A stretch of 50,941 nucleotides of DNA, filler included, from Jimgerdemannia flammicorona (Eukaryota), in the NCBI GenBank assembly GCA_003990765.1. It is 2 parts of 2 records of this genome, joined end to end, with 100 filler letters (N's around TTAATTAATTAA, not from the genome) between each part and the next. Parts side by side here need not be neighbours in the genome. Positions count along the whole stretch, not along the records: positions 1 to 25,426 come from RBNJ01000834.1; 1 more part is not named here. One strand, given 5' to 3'. Of this stretch, positions 1-14,339 are shown one piece after another. A program made the position numbers and the translations under genes. Below the pieces are notes generated by a model. The model saw only the letters and a program-made list of their open reading frames with translations, did no database searches and was not told where the DNA came from. Position 1 is the first letter of the stretch, and the number at the start of each line of letters is the position of its first letter.

Positions 1-300
1 CTTCACCTTGTCAGCAAAGCTCGAGGGACCAGCCTTTCCGCCAACACCACCTGTCGCCAGTCCACCTCGCGAGCCCTCACCACCGTTCGACCCTCCAAAG
101 GCCCCCATCCCCAGGCCATAACCCCTCCCCACTTGCTGCCAGCCGAAAGCCCCAGCTCCCCCCAACCCAGTACGCCCGTTGGAACTCTTGCTTGAAGACA
201 TATTGCTAGTACCTTTACTCCTAGTTGTGTCGAGAACTGTTGCTTGAAGTTTTGTGTAACGTGAATTGTACAGGAGAAAGGTCTGTCCAATTTTCGCCCA
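1..300 (-). mobile_element. 5' end of a young L1/Tx1-like LINE (family 2), truncated by the window edge and nested in ORF1 of the LINE at 301-1530
   Basis: ATG at 201 reads MSSSKSSNGRTGLGGAGAFGWQQVGRGYGLGMG...SFADKVK, homologous to the ORF1 N-terminus at 45231 (AFNWQHVGRGYGLGMG...SFVD). Has the CTTTCTC 5' motif of the family and retains many CpGs. Right boundary approximate. Confidence 0.85.
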
Positions 301-1530
301 TATTCAGTTCTTTGTAAACTCCTCCCATCACCTTTTTCTCAATTTCTTCACAGCCTCCCTCTTCTCCAGAGCCAGTAACAATTCCTTCTCCTCCTACTCT
401 GATCCCTTCCTCCTCCACACCTTACACTCTTGACTGCCAACCTGAATCACCTCTGGCCAGTCCCTACCAAGCCCTGTGGCCTCCTTGTCCTCTAGCTGAA
501 TCATCACCTCACAGTTGCCATTCCTCAGCTTGCTCTCCTCCCAGAACATGAATCCAAAATTGACCATCTCACTAAAGTCTGTCAGTGCCTCTGCCACTAT
601 CCCCTTAGTCTCATGTCTCTCTAGAGTTGGCTGCCCTTCCACCACCAGACATATGGAACATAGATCCCACCTCAGGTACCTCACTATTCCAACCTTAATG
701 CTCTTGACCACTAACTCTTTCTCTAGGGCCTTCATTATCACCTCCTTCTCCACAAAGCCAATCTCCACAGCCTCTGTCAATGGAATAAACTTCAGAGACT
801 CTGCACTGGCAATCTCCTCACCCACCAGCCACAAAACCTCTCTGACAGACAAATCCAGTCCTAGAATATTTGCTGAAATCACCTATATTGATACTAATTT
901 GTAGAAAAAAGAATATACCACCAGTTCTCTGGAGCCAGCTGCCATCATCATCTTCTCCTTATCTTCTAAGATATCAGCAGTTACCCCACCAGCTCCAAGA
1001 AGTCTACCAGCAGTCCCTCCCCCAACCACCAGCCCAGCTACCAGCCCAGTCTCAGAAATACCAATCTCAGTCATCACATCTCCAGACCCCTGTCTCCTGG
1101 CCATCACCTGACATACCATCTGGTTAGTCACCTGACTATCCCCCCTGTCAACACTATATCTCCTCTGCCCTACCCCTATAGGCATAGCAGTAGCCCTCCT
1201 GCCCTCTATTACTATATGCTAGCTTTCAATATCAGCAGGTCTCCTCTGACCACTTATCTCGCCAACAGCAGTACCCACTCCTGCTACTGCTGCAAAACTC
1301 TTAGTGAGGCCCAGGCCAGGCCTCCTCCTCTTCAAGCACTCAGAGCTTGATGAATCTTGGGTCACCATTCAATGAAAACTTGACAATTGTTTTTGTGGAC
1401 TGTTGCCAGACTCCTGTTACACCTAGTACACTAGTGTAGACAAAGTAAAAACTTGAAAACATGTTGCTTTTCACAAAAAGATATCTGTGTGACTTAGCTC
1501 ACTCTGAGGGGTTTGAGCAAAAGAAGTCCT
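301..1530 (-). mobile_element. 5' part (5'UTR + ORF1) of a degenerate LINE, family 1
   Basis: ORF 394-882 (ESLKFIP...LRWD...MVNFGF) matches ORF1 at 30088-30900. The 5'UTR GCTCAAAC...GCTAAGTCACAC matches 29772-29803. Confidence 0.85.
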
Positions 1531-1600
1531 CACCTAGTACTCTACCTGTATTGAGGATTTTACTATGGAACTCTACTTGTATGTTTGTTATAAAATTTCA
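1531..1600 (-). pseudogene. Stranded fragment of Ty1/copia RNase H between two LINE insertions
   Basis: Reads EIL*QTYK*SSIVKSSIQVEY*, a decayed form of the copia ISW.SKKQ..VA.SS..AEY motif. It continues directly from ...YLFHIGKG at 7460. Confidence 0.75.
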
Positions 1601-1601
1601 G

Positions 1602-4600
1602 TTTTTTTTTTTTTTTTTTTTTTTGTTTTTTTTCTACTTAGACTTCACCATTTATTACCAGTCTATTGATATAGTTATAGAATCTCCTCCCACTACCCAA
1701 TCCCCATAAGAGAGCCCCCCCCTACATCTTTATGTTTGAAGACCACTTTCCCACCCACTATCCCAATCCTCCCCCCACTCTATCTACAGATTTTCTCCAT
1801 CAATTGATGCCTCCAACCACTCTGCAGACCCCAACCAAGCCACCAGCCCATCATAGTCCTCCATTAGCTCTTGTTATCTCAACAGCTGTACCCCCAAACT
1901 CAGTTTCCTTTCTTTCTTAAAAATCAAACAACTAGTAACCTGCCAACCCCACCAAAACTACCAATACCCAACCTAAAGTAAGTCACTCCTTTTCTACCCC
2001 CCCCTACCAATCTATCCCTCAAATCCTCCCACTGATCCTGCTCACCATCCCCTCTATGTATGATACCCAATTGATCCCCAACTGCTAGCCAAAAGTCACC
2101 AAGTACCTCATACTCTTCTAGCCAATATTCTGGTATCTATTCAAATTCTCCTTTCTATCCCACATTGTGACACTCCTCATAGTCAAAGCTTCTCCCCTTG
2201 ATAAGGTGTCTTGAGTGGAAGTTGAGTATGATATTATGTACCACCAGACCATCTTGTACTTCAGGGACATCCACTGTCTTACCTCAGCACTCTAGGCCCA
2301 AACCTCATTCCAGTCCCACTCCTCTCCAATTTCTGCCAACTGCTATCTGCTGGGTCATAGATCCTGTCCTGGCTCACTCTGGTACTCAATTCCATTGCTA
2401 ATATCAAAATCAACTAGGGGGATACTCTCTAACAATACTTAGTCCTATCTCCACATCACTGGTTCCCAAGGTACCTCCCCTTCATTTCTCTACCAGTAAA
2501 TTCTAATATAGTGTACCCCATCTGCTACCCCCCACTGGAAGCCTTTATACTACATATGTCCATTGTTCCAAAGCCCAACCAAGGACAGTAGATCTCCTGT
2601 AGAGCCTCTTGGTAAGGACCTCATCTCTTAGACCTTCTGTATCAGAGAAACCCAGCTACCCCCTCTCAATACCACCACTCTCTTTAGTCTCCATACTCTC
2701 AGGCAGTATAGCCTCTTCAGAAAATCAACCAGCCCAAGGCCCCCTCTAGCCACCAGTAAAGACAAGACCTCCCAGCTGATTGGACTCCTTCTCCTGACCC
2801 AGATCCACCCCTTGGCTAGTTTTATCAATATCTGTACCACCCAGGCCAGAAAGTTAAGATGATAAACCAAATACCATATCTTTGGCAGCCAGTAGATGTT
2901 CAAAATCAAAACATGCCCTGCCAGAGACAAATGGTGTCCTCCCTAACTCCACAGGGCCTCCTCTCAGATCACAACCCTCTACTCCTACCAAGGTCTTGAT
3001 AGGACTGACCCATATACTACCGATAGCTACCCAAGTACTATACTTTCTCCCCAGCAGGGACAATTGTTCCAATGACATCCCCTTCCACCAGGCTATTGCC
3101 TAACACCATTATTTCACACTTATACCAATTGAATTTAGCCCCAGAGTATACCTCATACCACTCTACTGTCTTCTTGAGCTCCTTGACATCAATGATTGAT
3201 CTCAGACCAACCTATATATTATCCACAAAGGCTCCAACTTTCCACCCAATTCCATAAACTAAGAGTCTGACTATCTTCTGCCTAATTCTATTTATCAAAG
3301 ACTCTAGGGAAAGAGTATTCAGAATGGGGGACAGTGGATCCCCCTGGGGCACACCCCTACCCAGGGGAAACATGAGTGCAGCCCTACTCTCTTCCAGTAG
3401 ACTGACCATTACTGACTGGAACTGGTGGAGTACACTAATCCTATTCAATACATTTGCCAACCTGATCTGCTGAACCCAGTCATATATCTTCTCTTGATTC
3501 AGGAAGACCAGTCACCCATCCAGTCTCCAGGCTCACACCCCTTCAATAACTCCATGTACCCAAGCCATACTATCCTTAATGAGCCAGTCTCCTACAAAGC
3601 CTCACTGCTCCACACCCAAGACTTATTGGGCCACCTTCTGCAGCCTTGTGACCACCACCTTAGTAACCAACTTTCTGTCCATATCCAGTAGTATGATCAG
3701 CCACCAGTTCTTCCAGTCCTCCCTTCTTCTCTTTTTTCTTATAAAGCAGTGCCACTAGCCCCATATCCTGCTCCCCCAACCATCTCTCTGACTGTGGTAT
3801 CAAGTCTTACAGTACCATCAGCTCCCCCAGTACTTCAGGAACTCCCACCATCTTCTTCCAGAAGTCCCATGGCAGACCATCCTCCCCAGGTGCTATGCCC
3901 AGCATAGTTGCAGCAAGAATCTGACAGATCTCCTCCTTCTGTACTAGCATCACCAAGCCATCCAGCCCTTTTGCTTATAGTGGGTACCAATCCTCCAAAG
4001 CACAGTCAATAGTAGTAGTATCAGCCCCACCTTCCTCCTCACTCTATAAACCACTCCATCTCTCCTTTAATGATCCAAGAATGTCTTATATGCCATGCAC
4101 CAGCAGTTCATCAGAATCTAATATCCCCTCTCACCTCTACTTTACTCTCCTCACCTGAAGAATACTCATGAGATACTTATAAGGCCTTTTCCCTTCCTCC
4201 AGTCTCTGCCAACATAACTATACTGTCAAACTCTGCACCCATGCCTTCTCCTCTTCCCACAATATCTGTTGTAATTCCCCAACCTCTATTTTCACCTGCA
4301 TTAATCTCCAGTTTACTCCCCCCTCCATTGTCACCAGACCTGCCCAATCTTTCAGAAGCCTAGCCAATTTAGCAGAAGCCCATCTCACCCTTCTCTTTCT
4401 CTGTCTTTTGGCCACCTTGCTAGCCTTGCTCCTGTATACCCTAGCAGCCTCTTTCATCCTCATCTACCAGGTACCAACTGGGGCACCTTCTTGTATCCAG
4501 CCCTCTACCTTTTGCTGAATATCCTCAGCCCTCTTATCCCACAGTACCTTATTATCTAACAAAGAGGAATTGAGGCACCAATGTCCAGACCCATCCCCAC

Positions 4601-7459
4601 TTCCCCCAAAATGACCCTACCCTAGCAGCCCACAATAATCTTACTACAGACACCACTCTGCCTCCAGCAACTTCCAAACATCCAAACCCCAGCAGCTCAC
4701 TATCAGAATCTAGTTAATCCTCATCTTCAGGCCATCTGCCCAATGCATGTACACCCTCCTATCACCCCAGAACCCCCTGCCAGCATCTACCAGAGCACTT
4801 AGTCTTTTTAATTCCTTCTATGCCTCTAGCTCTCTACTCCTACCCTCAGCCCCCTGCCCTCTGTCAGTTCTATCCACTAGCACATTTCTGACCATATTGA
4901 AGTCTCCACCAAGCATATTCACTTCAGTCTCTGCAAGGGTCCCACTCTTTTAGAGACCCTTCACCCAATCTACATGCTCACTCTATATAGCAGGGCAGTA
5001 GCAGAAACTCACTGTATCTGGCTCCCAACCTATTTATATCCACTCTCCCCAAACCAACCTATCACTCTAGCTCCTCACATTACATACCTCCCCTCTGTGT
5101 TTCCAAATCAGAATTCCAACCTTGCTCTTCCAAACTACCTCACCTCCCCTTTCCTTTATCCATTCTAGCCTATCCAAATCATCCTCATATCTAACATTCT
5201 GCAAAAGAAAGAGATCAGCCTCCAATCTCTTTAGTCAAGTAAAAATGTTCTGATGCTGAAAAGAACCCTATAACTCATTCATATTCATAGAAAAAACATT
5301 AGTTGTACTGTTTATAGAGAAAATTATGTGATATCAAGTGTCTCCTCTACTGCTCTATATTTATTACCCTCTATGCCACATCTAGATTATGTTCATCAGC
5401 ACCTCTTCCTCTTCAGCCCTCTTAGCCTCCAATTCAACCAGTAGCTCAGTCATCTCCCCAACCTCCTTTTCCTCAAAATCTTCATGATACTCTAGGCAGG
5501 CCTCCTGCCAAAGCTGCAATCCATGATGCTTAGCCCAATAGTAGGTGGCCCACTCACCAGCAACAACTGCCAGCTGGGTCTCCCTCTCCTTATCCACCTT
5601 ATACCCTTCCTTCTTCAAGTATACTGCAAGTATTTCTGCCTTAATACTGCCACTACCCCATTGCTCCACAGGATCTGTGCCCAATACTCATCACTTATCA
5701 CTCTAAGATCTACTTCTCCCAACTCTTCAGCACTAAGTTATTCATCATCTAGCATATCCATAGTAGGTTCCCCACCTCCTTTCTCTCTGGAGTCGCTGGC
5801 CTTCCTTCATTCAGCATTGTGGTATCAGCCCCTGTGCTCACAGACTCATCTCACTCCTTCTCTGGGATATCTACCAATTACTCTTCACCAGCTACCACCA
5901 TCTGTCCTCCCATTGCCACATCAGGAACTCTAAAGTGCACTTGCTGGGCACTATGCATTGGTACATCCTCTGCCACCTAGTCTCTTGTAGCTAGTCTCTG
6001 TCTGATAAAAGGAGGAGAAGTATCCTCCTAGACTTCAAACATACCATCCTCACATGGGTCCTTACTCAGTACCTTCCTGGCCTCCTCTAGACCCAGCTTC
6101 TCAAATCCTCTACTTCCACTGGCCCAGACACTTGCCTTGGCACCTCCAGTATCTTCACTATCACCAGTACTCCTCTTTGCCTCTTTCTCAATTTTTGCCA
6201 GCAACTCCCTCTGTCTCCTATATCCTTGGGACCTCTCTCATGACCTCTTATCAATGCAGACCCACTTTCTATCAACAATCTCCAAGTGTGTTGTCTTCAC
6301 AAATACCTTCCAAGCCTATGCCATCTGCTTCACTGCACCACTCAACTCCTCCAGTACCTCTAACAAGTCCTCTTCCTCCTTCTCACTCTTTTTCACCCTT
6401 GTTACCTTACATATAAAGGCTCTCCACACCATCACTGAAGGCCAGTCCTGAGCCCTCCCAGTAGCCTACTTTTCTGCCAACTGAATCTGGACATCATCAT
6501 CTCCTGTCCAGAAGGAGATTCCTTTCCAAACCCTGAACTCTATATTGACTACCTCCCCATACTCAGCCATGACTTTCTCTACTCTCCTCCTTATCTCTAC
6601 TATAGTAACCATAGGAACTTCTTTCACCAGGAGCTGTACCACTCTGGGATCTCACCTCAGGCAGCATGCTATTAGTATACACACCTCCTCAACTATCAAC
6701 TCAGCCTTCAATGCATCCTCTAATGACCCAGCCTCCTCAAAGCCCACCTATACTCCTTCTAGGCCTCTCAGGAACTTAACAGATGCTATGCTACCCATCT
6801 ACTTCACAATCAGCCCCAGGACCATTTTTGTTGTCACTACCAAGCCCTGGAAGTACAAAGTAACCATGAACTCTATTGACTTCTTAGGTAATGGGGCTAC
6901 CACCAGTCTCATTACACTATCAGTCAGATCACTAGACCTCATGCCCTTCCCACAACTTAGTCCACTATCAGCAGTCACATCTAGATTTTTTTTCAGATTA
7001 CCTATCACACTCCCAACAGCAGTCACCCCCTCAGCTACTATACTGCCAGCCCCCCTACTCTGGCCATCCAGTGAAACTCCCCCCAGCTGCTACTGTCCTG
7101 TATTACATTCTTTGCTGCCTCCTTGCCCTTTTTCAGCCAGCTCTCCAGTTCAGTTACTGGCTGTCTCTCCTTTACCTTATCTGTGAAGCTCACCCTCCTA
7201 CTCTTCTGCCCTCCAACACTGCTCCCTCCCCTTCTTTGTCTGCCCACCAGTAAGCCTTTCATACTTTCTCCCAAGCCTGGGCCCCTCCCCACATGTTGCC
7301 AATCAAATGCACTTGGGTCTCTCTGCCCAGTATACATCTCAGAATACTTGTCACTTACTATATTACTAGTATCATTTCTCCAAAAACTATATTGTGAGTA
7401 TTGTTGGAAGGTTGTGTCACCTGAATGTTACTAGAGAAAGGTGAAAATGAAATGACAAA
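1602..7459 (-). mobile_element. Full-length degenerate L1/Tx1-like LINE (family 2)
   Basis: Poly(A) seen as a T-run at 1602-1633. RT motifs GVPQGDPLSP and AFVDN at 3212-3460. APE region ~4600-5310. ORF1 ~5335-7360 with AFDWQHVGRG. Many nonsense codons. Confidence 0.93.
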
Positions 7460-10400
7460 TCCTTTGCCAATGTGAAAGAGATATCATATTATAGACCAGT
7501 AGTTATCTAAGTCTCCAGTCTAGTTGGCATCATAAGTATCAGATAGCCAGATGTAATTACTCTTGCCACTGCTTCCACTCAATCCAATGTCATTGCCCAA
7601 TATAAGCATATAGTATACTGATCTCTTTAAGTATTAGAAAATCCTCTTAATGGTGCTTCAATTTGAATTATCATAGCAGGAGAAGTATTGTGCTATATTT
7701 TCTATAGTATATAATATGTCAGATCTCATTCCTAGTATAAGATACATGAGAGAGCCAACCACTTGCTAATAGGGAATGTTGTTGGCACTATTCTTATTAT
7801 CATCATTCCTTGGATATAGTATTTGGTTTCCTTAACTTTACAGAAGTATCTATAGGAGTACTGATCAGCTTATATTCACTTATATTAAAGTATTTGAGAA
7901 TGGCTTTAGTATATGTTACTTATAAGAGGTATATAATGTATACATTCTTGTTACATGTAATCAATATCTCCAAAAGGAAGGATATATTGCCCATATCAGT
8001 TATCTTGAATTCTTAGCATAGAGTCTCCTTTACTCTATTAAGCACATTCTTACTAACTACAATAATGATATCATCAACCCATATATTAATAAATACTATG
8101 ATATCATCATAATACTGGATGTATATATAATTGTCTACTTTACAATGCTTGAATCTATTGTCAAAGAAAATGTTTGTCAATCCTTTTATTCTATAGATAT
8201 ACTACTTGCTTAATTCTATATAATCTTTTATATAGTTTACATATAAGCTTGCCATTCTAGTTGTCATATAGTTTATATCTTTGTAGTTAATAGACATATA
8301 GTTCAGTATCTATATCATTATTCAGAAAGACTGTCTTAACATCCATCTGATGGATCTCTAGATTATATAGTTCACTAATTACAAGGAGTATTCTAAGTAA
8401 AGTAAGCTTAAACATTAGTGAAAATGTTTCATCATAATCTATGCCATAATCTTGTAAGTAGTTCTTGGTAATGAAATAAGCTTTATACTACTCTATATTA
8501 CTATTTGTGTTATGTTTTATTCTATATACCTACTTGGATCTGATTGCTTGATGATTGAGTAGAAGGGGTATAAAATCTCATATACTGTTCTTGATGAGTG
8601 AATTGTATTCCTCATTCATCACTTGTTTCCATTTCTTGCTATCGGGATTGATTATAACTTCATCACATATACTTGGCTCACTGGAAGATATTATGATATA
8701 TATATATTCATATACTTCAGCTTAGCTCATATAGTGCTTATATTGTCATCAAGAGCTTGTTGATATATCCCAGTAATTTCCCAATTCTGAATGAGCTTCT
8801 TGGCATATTTTGGAGCTCTTTTGCACTTGTTTACCCTTTATAGAGGTAGAGGATCCCTCACCATTAGAAGATTCGCTATTATCATCTTTGATCTCTGTTA
8901 TTCTTGGCTCAGGCATCTGTGGCTCAGACTTAGATATGTATTGTTGTTGAAAATAGTTCTGATTGACTGCTGAAGAGGTGGATGATGGTTGTGCTGATTA
9001 TTGTATTTGCACTAGCTAAGATGTAGATATAGAGGTTTCAACTAATACTTTCATACAGAGTTTCAAGCTATTTCCTTTTTCTCTGAATTGTATATTATAC
9101 AAGATGACTATATATCTCTTGTATGGATTTCATAGTTGGTATGTTTTGCTGAAATACCCAAGAAATATATACTTGCTCACCTTGGGTTGGAACTTATTCT
9201 GGATAGTGTTGCTTTTGTTGGAGACATATGCCTTACAACTGAATATATATAGATATGATACATCTAGCTTAAATCTGCTCTATAATTCTTCAGAAGTAAG
9301 ATCATTATCTCTGGAATACTTATTATTGAAGAAATGTGTCAATTATATATATATACTATAGTGTTTATAGCTTCAGCCTAATAAGAATACAACCATCTGG
9401 CAGCATTGATCATTATATACACCATTTCTATGGCCATACAGTTAAATCACTCAGCTATACCATTCTGCTAAGAGATATAAAGAGCTCTTGTTTGATGGAT
9501 TGTATTGTGTTTTATCAGAAACTGCTTGAATGTATAATTGATGTATTTATATCTATTATCTGATCATATAGTACATATTCTATATTCAGTTTTATTTTCA
9601 GCAATTACTTTGAATTCTTTAAATTTATCCAAGACTTCACTCTTTGCTGATAGAAGGTATACATATGCTTAACACATATTATCATTGATAAATATCAGAA
9701 AATATCTCTTGCCAGAGTATGATAGAGTATGTATTAACCTATATATATTTGTATATATGAGGTTTAGAATCCTGGATACATGCTTTAATTGTTCTTTAAA
9801 TAGTTATCAAGAAGTCTTGTTTTCTGTACATATCTTACAAAAATTATTCTTGGGATATATATGAATCAGTAGTCTATTTACAGAGCTATTTCAGATCATC
9901 CTTCTAAGGCTCATCTTAATGATATGTCTTAAGCATTAATGCTAAGTATTGGATATATCAGATATAGTTGTCATATATGTGGAGACTTTTGTGCTATTTG
10001 GTATACCATTGATTATATAAAGACTACCATGTTTTGAGACTGTCATTAATCTCTTATTATTATGTAAATCATATACTATTACACTCTTTGAATGCATATG
10101 TATCTCTTTGTTGCCATGGGTCATCATTTTGCCTATAGAGAAGAAGTTCTTTCCTATCTCTAGAGCATATAGTATATCTATGTATAAGAGTAGCAGTAGG
10201 CTTCATAATATTTCTATAGAGATGTATGTCGATATTTCTCTTTTCTTGAGCATAGATGATATTATTATCTCTCAACTTGATGAGTATAGGGTACTCAAAC
10301 ATTTGATATATAGAGAACCATTCCCTATGTGGTATCATATATTATATAGCTCCAGAATCCATTAACTAAATATTATTATCATTAGCTATATTAGTGTATT

Positions 10401-11700
10401 TACTAGATATATGGCTAGATATATGTACATATGATTGATGGTTTTTCTATCTGTACTGCTGGTGGTACTGGTATCATCACTACTTTTCATCAGCCCAAAA
10501 GTATTTTTCTGACCAGTACTTATAGATGACAAGTTGGTGGATTTGGTATAGATCTTGCACTTGCAGAACTAATACTACTTTGGACATTTTATTCCAAAAT
10601 TGTCATCCTTCCGACCAGATTTCATAGATGTAGATCTCATGCTAGTAGAATTAGCAGTGGAGCTAGTAGCTTGTGTAAAAAATAGATTACTACTTTCATT
10701 AGTTTCAGTGATATTTGCATTATCATACTTCTCTCAATAGTTTCTATATCTATATTTGCTGCAGTATTTATAATAACTCTCATACTTGATTGATTAGCTA
10801 TCATATTGTTGAGCTTGGGTTGAGATTTATTGACTTTGTTGATTATGCCTTTGATTTGGTACCACATCTACAGAATTCATAGAATGCCCTTTTATCATCA
10901 TTTTCTTCAGTACTATTTCCTTGGTACATTTTCTTGTTCATGAGACTTGTTATTACATAGGTATAGTCTATAAGAGTACTACTCTCATATATAACTATGA
11001 TAATAGTATTATATATGTCTGGAAGTCCCCTTGTGAGTACTATAACCTTATCTTCATTGCCAATATAATCCACAGATATACTGAGAGAATTTACTTAATT
11101 CCCCAGATCATCAATGTGGCTGGCATATTTACAGGTACTCTCCTTAGACTTCATTTGAACATTGAATAGCTGAGATTTCAGATGGAATCTATTTGATGCA
11201 GATACTTATATATGATGATTATATAGAGCTTTCCATATCTTATTGGCTATGTCTGCATATATTATGAGCTTTATTTATAAGTTTGACAATATGAATATAA
11301 TCTCACATAATGCTTAGTAATCATTTATAGGATCATAGTCTTGAATCTATACTTGTGGCTTTATATACTCTACCAAGCTATATTTGTCAAGGAGATTCAT
11401 TATAGAGAATGTTCAGATGGTATAATCTTTTCCATTAGAGATCAGGATAGACCTCTTGACTATATTTACACTTATAATAGAGACTATACCTATTGCTGGA
11501 ATACTTGTAGTTAGTATATCTATATTGCTTATATTGCTAGACTAGTTATCTGATATTTCTAGTATATATTATATGGTATATATTTATGAGATGTTTTTGC
11601 TATAGCTGCTTAATACTAGTGAGGCTCATAACCTTTATTAGAAAGAGAGATATTTTCATTCAGTTTGTATAAAATACATATTTTATATGTTACTGATAGA
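7460..11700 (-). mobile_element. Degenerate Ty1/copia retrotransposon (gag-PR-IN-RT-start of RH)
   Basis: Decayed gag (VLTRGLPDIY...), protease (DSGA..M at ~10350), integrase and RT blocks in copia order, then the RH start ending HIGKG. PBS at 11623-11633. 5' LTR boundary not resolvable. Confidence 0.85.
11623..11633 (-). other. Copia primer binding site GGTTATGAGCC
   Basis: Resembles the GGTTATG(G/A)GCC PBS of Drosophila-copia-type elements primed by a cleaved initiator tRNA-Met. Lies just upstream of gag. Confidence 0.7.
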
Positions 11701-12195
11701 TAATATTAGAGTGACAGAAAGAATTATAAGAATAGTAAAGAGTAATATAATACAAATACTACTGAAACTAATAATAATTAGTGATATATTTTATATATAA
11801 GTAATATATATTAAGTATATAGAGAAAATATCTATATCTATGACAAAGCTATATATTTTTGAGAAAGTAAAAAATAATAATATTAATAGAAAATTATATA
11901 CTAATATAGCTAATAATAATAATATATAACTTATAGATTCAGATACTATATAATATATGATAGTCTATCATAAACCATTTTCCATAAATATATTCTTTAA
12001 GTATCTAGTACCAATTAAGTTAAATAATAATAATATTATATATACTCAAGAAAGAGAAAATATTAGTATATATCTCTATAAGAATATTATAGAGTCTGCT
12101 AGTACTTTTCAGAACATATTATATGTTCTGAAGATAGATAAAAATCTTTTCTCAATTAGTAAAATAATTATTTAAAGTAATAAAGAAATACATAT

Positions 12196-12653
12196 TATAA
12201 TGTAGCAGATGTGGAGATGGACAAATACATCAGATTTCTTTATCTTGAATTCTTGTCTTCTTGACTCCCAGAGTCGGTAGTTCCTTGAGGTCAAATGTGT
12301 TTCAAAGAGGTAATCCCAAAAGTCCCTTTATCAATATACTTGTTCTTTTTCTAACACTTTCGATCTGAGGTTTATTTACTTGAAGATACTGGGGTATTTA
12401 TATAAGTTAGCTAGCTATGAGATGACTTACTAAGTTATGTGGCTAAGTTATGAGTCATTTAGCACTTTGCAAAATATTTTGCCAGTTGTAAAATGCTATA
12501 CTATATCGAGAAGCTCGATCTTACACTTTGCAAAATATTTAGCAAATGGCAAAATTGGAGACTACTGACTATGTGGCTATACTACTTTCAGACTGGTTAT
12601 GATCAAGTATCTGTTCTCTATTTTCTTCTTCCAAATTTGGCTATACCATCACA
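12196..12653 (-). repeat. 3' LTR of gypsy copy 1
   Basis: 458-bp direct repeat of 18404-18861. TG...CA termini, one mutated. Confidence 0.95.
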
Positions 12654-12690
12654 ACTTCCTCCTGAATAGATGATCTCATCCCTAAAGCAT

Positions 12691-13152
12691 CTATTTAAAC
12701 TTCTAGGCTTCAACAGTCTGTATGGTCTTGTACTGTACAATTTGTTGCATTACTGTTTCCCAATAGTACTACCTAACTTGGTCGAAGTCTGAGGGAGTTA
12801 CTCCTCGCAGATGGGCTAGTGCTGGTTCATTCTCTCGGAATAGCTTGTGGATTCTCTTAGTGATAGTAATCTGTGAATAAGAGAGCTGGCATTCTGCAAT
12901 CTAATTTTCTATAGTTATTTCTGGGTCCTGGTTGAGTACTTGGCCAAGTTTGAAGTACTCTTGAAATTCAGTTCAATGTTGATAGGCCTTGAAGTGTGAG
13001 ATTCGAGAGAGATGAGTCTGTATGATGCTTTGGATACTGTCATATGACTCTTCTATGGTCAGAGGCTTGGTAGTGTGCCATTGTCTCTTGATGGCTCTTT
13101 GGGCAGTGCTAGTGATCTTGAGTGCCATTGCAGTACTTTTGTTATTGGTCAT
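12691..13152 (-). pseudogene. Accessory ORF3 of gypsy copy 1 (internal stops)
   Basis: 462 bp, colinear with the intact ORF at 20061-20522. ATG overlaps the integrase end (CATGACCAATAA). Confidence 0.85.
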
Positions 13153-14339
13153 GGTACTTCTTGAGTTGGTTTTGGTGAATGGTAGTGGGGATTATTATGT
13201 CTGAGGGCTTTTATAGATGGAAAGTAGTCCCTTTTATATCTTGCATCAGATAAGGTCCTTCCCACTTGGGCTCTAGTTTTTATGACCAAGAAGCTTCTAC
13301 ATACCATGTTCTGATACACCAGGACTTCATCTCCTATCTTGATAATCTCTAGAGACTTGTGAGTTTTTTCTACATTGTTCCATTATAAGGTTTGTGCCTT
13401 AATTATGTAATCTTCTGCCTTTTTTCTAATTTGATGCAACCTCTATATCTCTATATCTACATACTTCCAGACTGCATCATTATTTGCTGACAAACTTCCA
13501 CTAGAACTTTCTTCTCTGAACAGCATTTCTCAGAGTGTAAAGTGGGTACTTTGTGATTATATATCCCATAGAGTGGATAATGCTATTGGAAGATAGTAGT
13601 CCCAGTTTCCGTATTCATTGCAGATCTTGGCAATAATGTTCTTGAGAGTCTTGTTGGTTCTTTCTGTTTATTCATTTCCTTATAGGTGATAAGCTGTGGT
13701 CTTGATGTGTTGGATCTTGTATTTTGTGTAAAGAATATCATAAAATTGGTTGACAAATTCTGTTTCTCTATCTGTGGTAACTTGCTTTGGGGTCTTGAAT
13801 TGGCAGATAATTTCTCTGTGAAAGAAATCAGCAATTGACTGTGTATTGGCTTCCTTGAGGGGTCTGGCTTCTACCCATTTTGTAAATAGGTCTATAATCA
13901 CAATGACATATCAGTTGCCAGTCAATGTCAGGGGTAGAGGGCCAATAACATCCATTGCTATATGGGCAAATGGTATTGGTTTGATGTCTACTAATCTGGG
14001 GGCTTAATCTCATTGATCTTGTTTCTGTTTCTGGCATTTGTCATAAGTTCTGACAAATTGTCTGATGTGTTCTTCCATTTCTGGCCACTACATGGTTCTT
14101 TTTGCTTTGTCATATGTATTTGTTCCTCCTACATGACCTTGCTCATGTACTTCCTTCATCACTTGATTCTTTCAGTACTTGGAGATAACTACTTGTTGTC
14201 CTTTCTTGAGTATTTCTCCATTAGTTTCAAATTGTTTCCATGTCTGATTAATAATTGTTTTTGTCCATTCTTCCAAATGTGAGGGTATCTTTTGCTGCCC
14301 CAGGTAGCTGATAATTCTATAGTACAGTTCCTTATTCAT
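13142..14339 (-). pseudogene. Integrase ORF of gypsy copy 1
   Basis: Starts MNKELYYRIISYL. Contains IIDLFTKWVEARPL and VTTDR..F. Has stops and frameshifts. Confidence 0.85.

Noticed and set aside
1490..1600. Possible 5S rRNA or other small RNA ahead of the LINE
   Set aside because: Better explained as a copia RNase H remnant plus the LINE 5'UTR.
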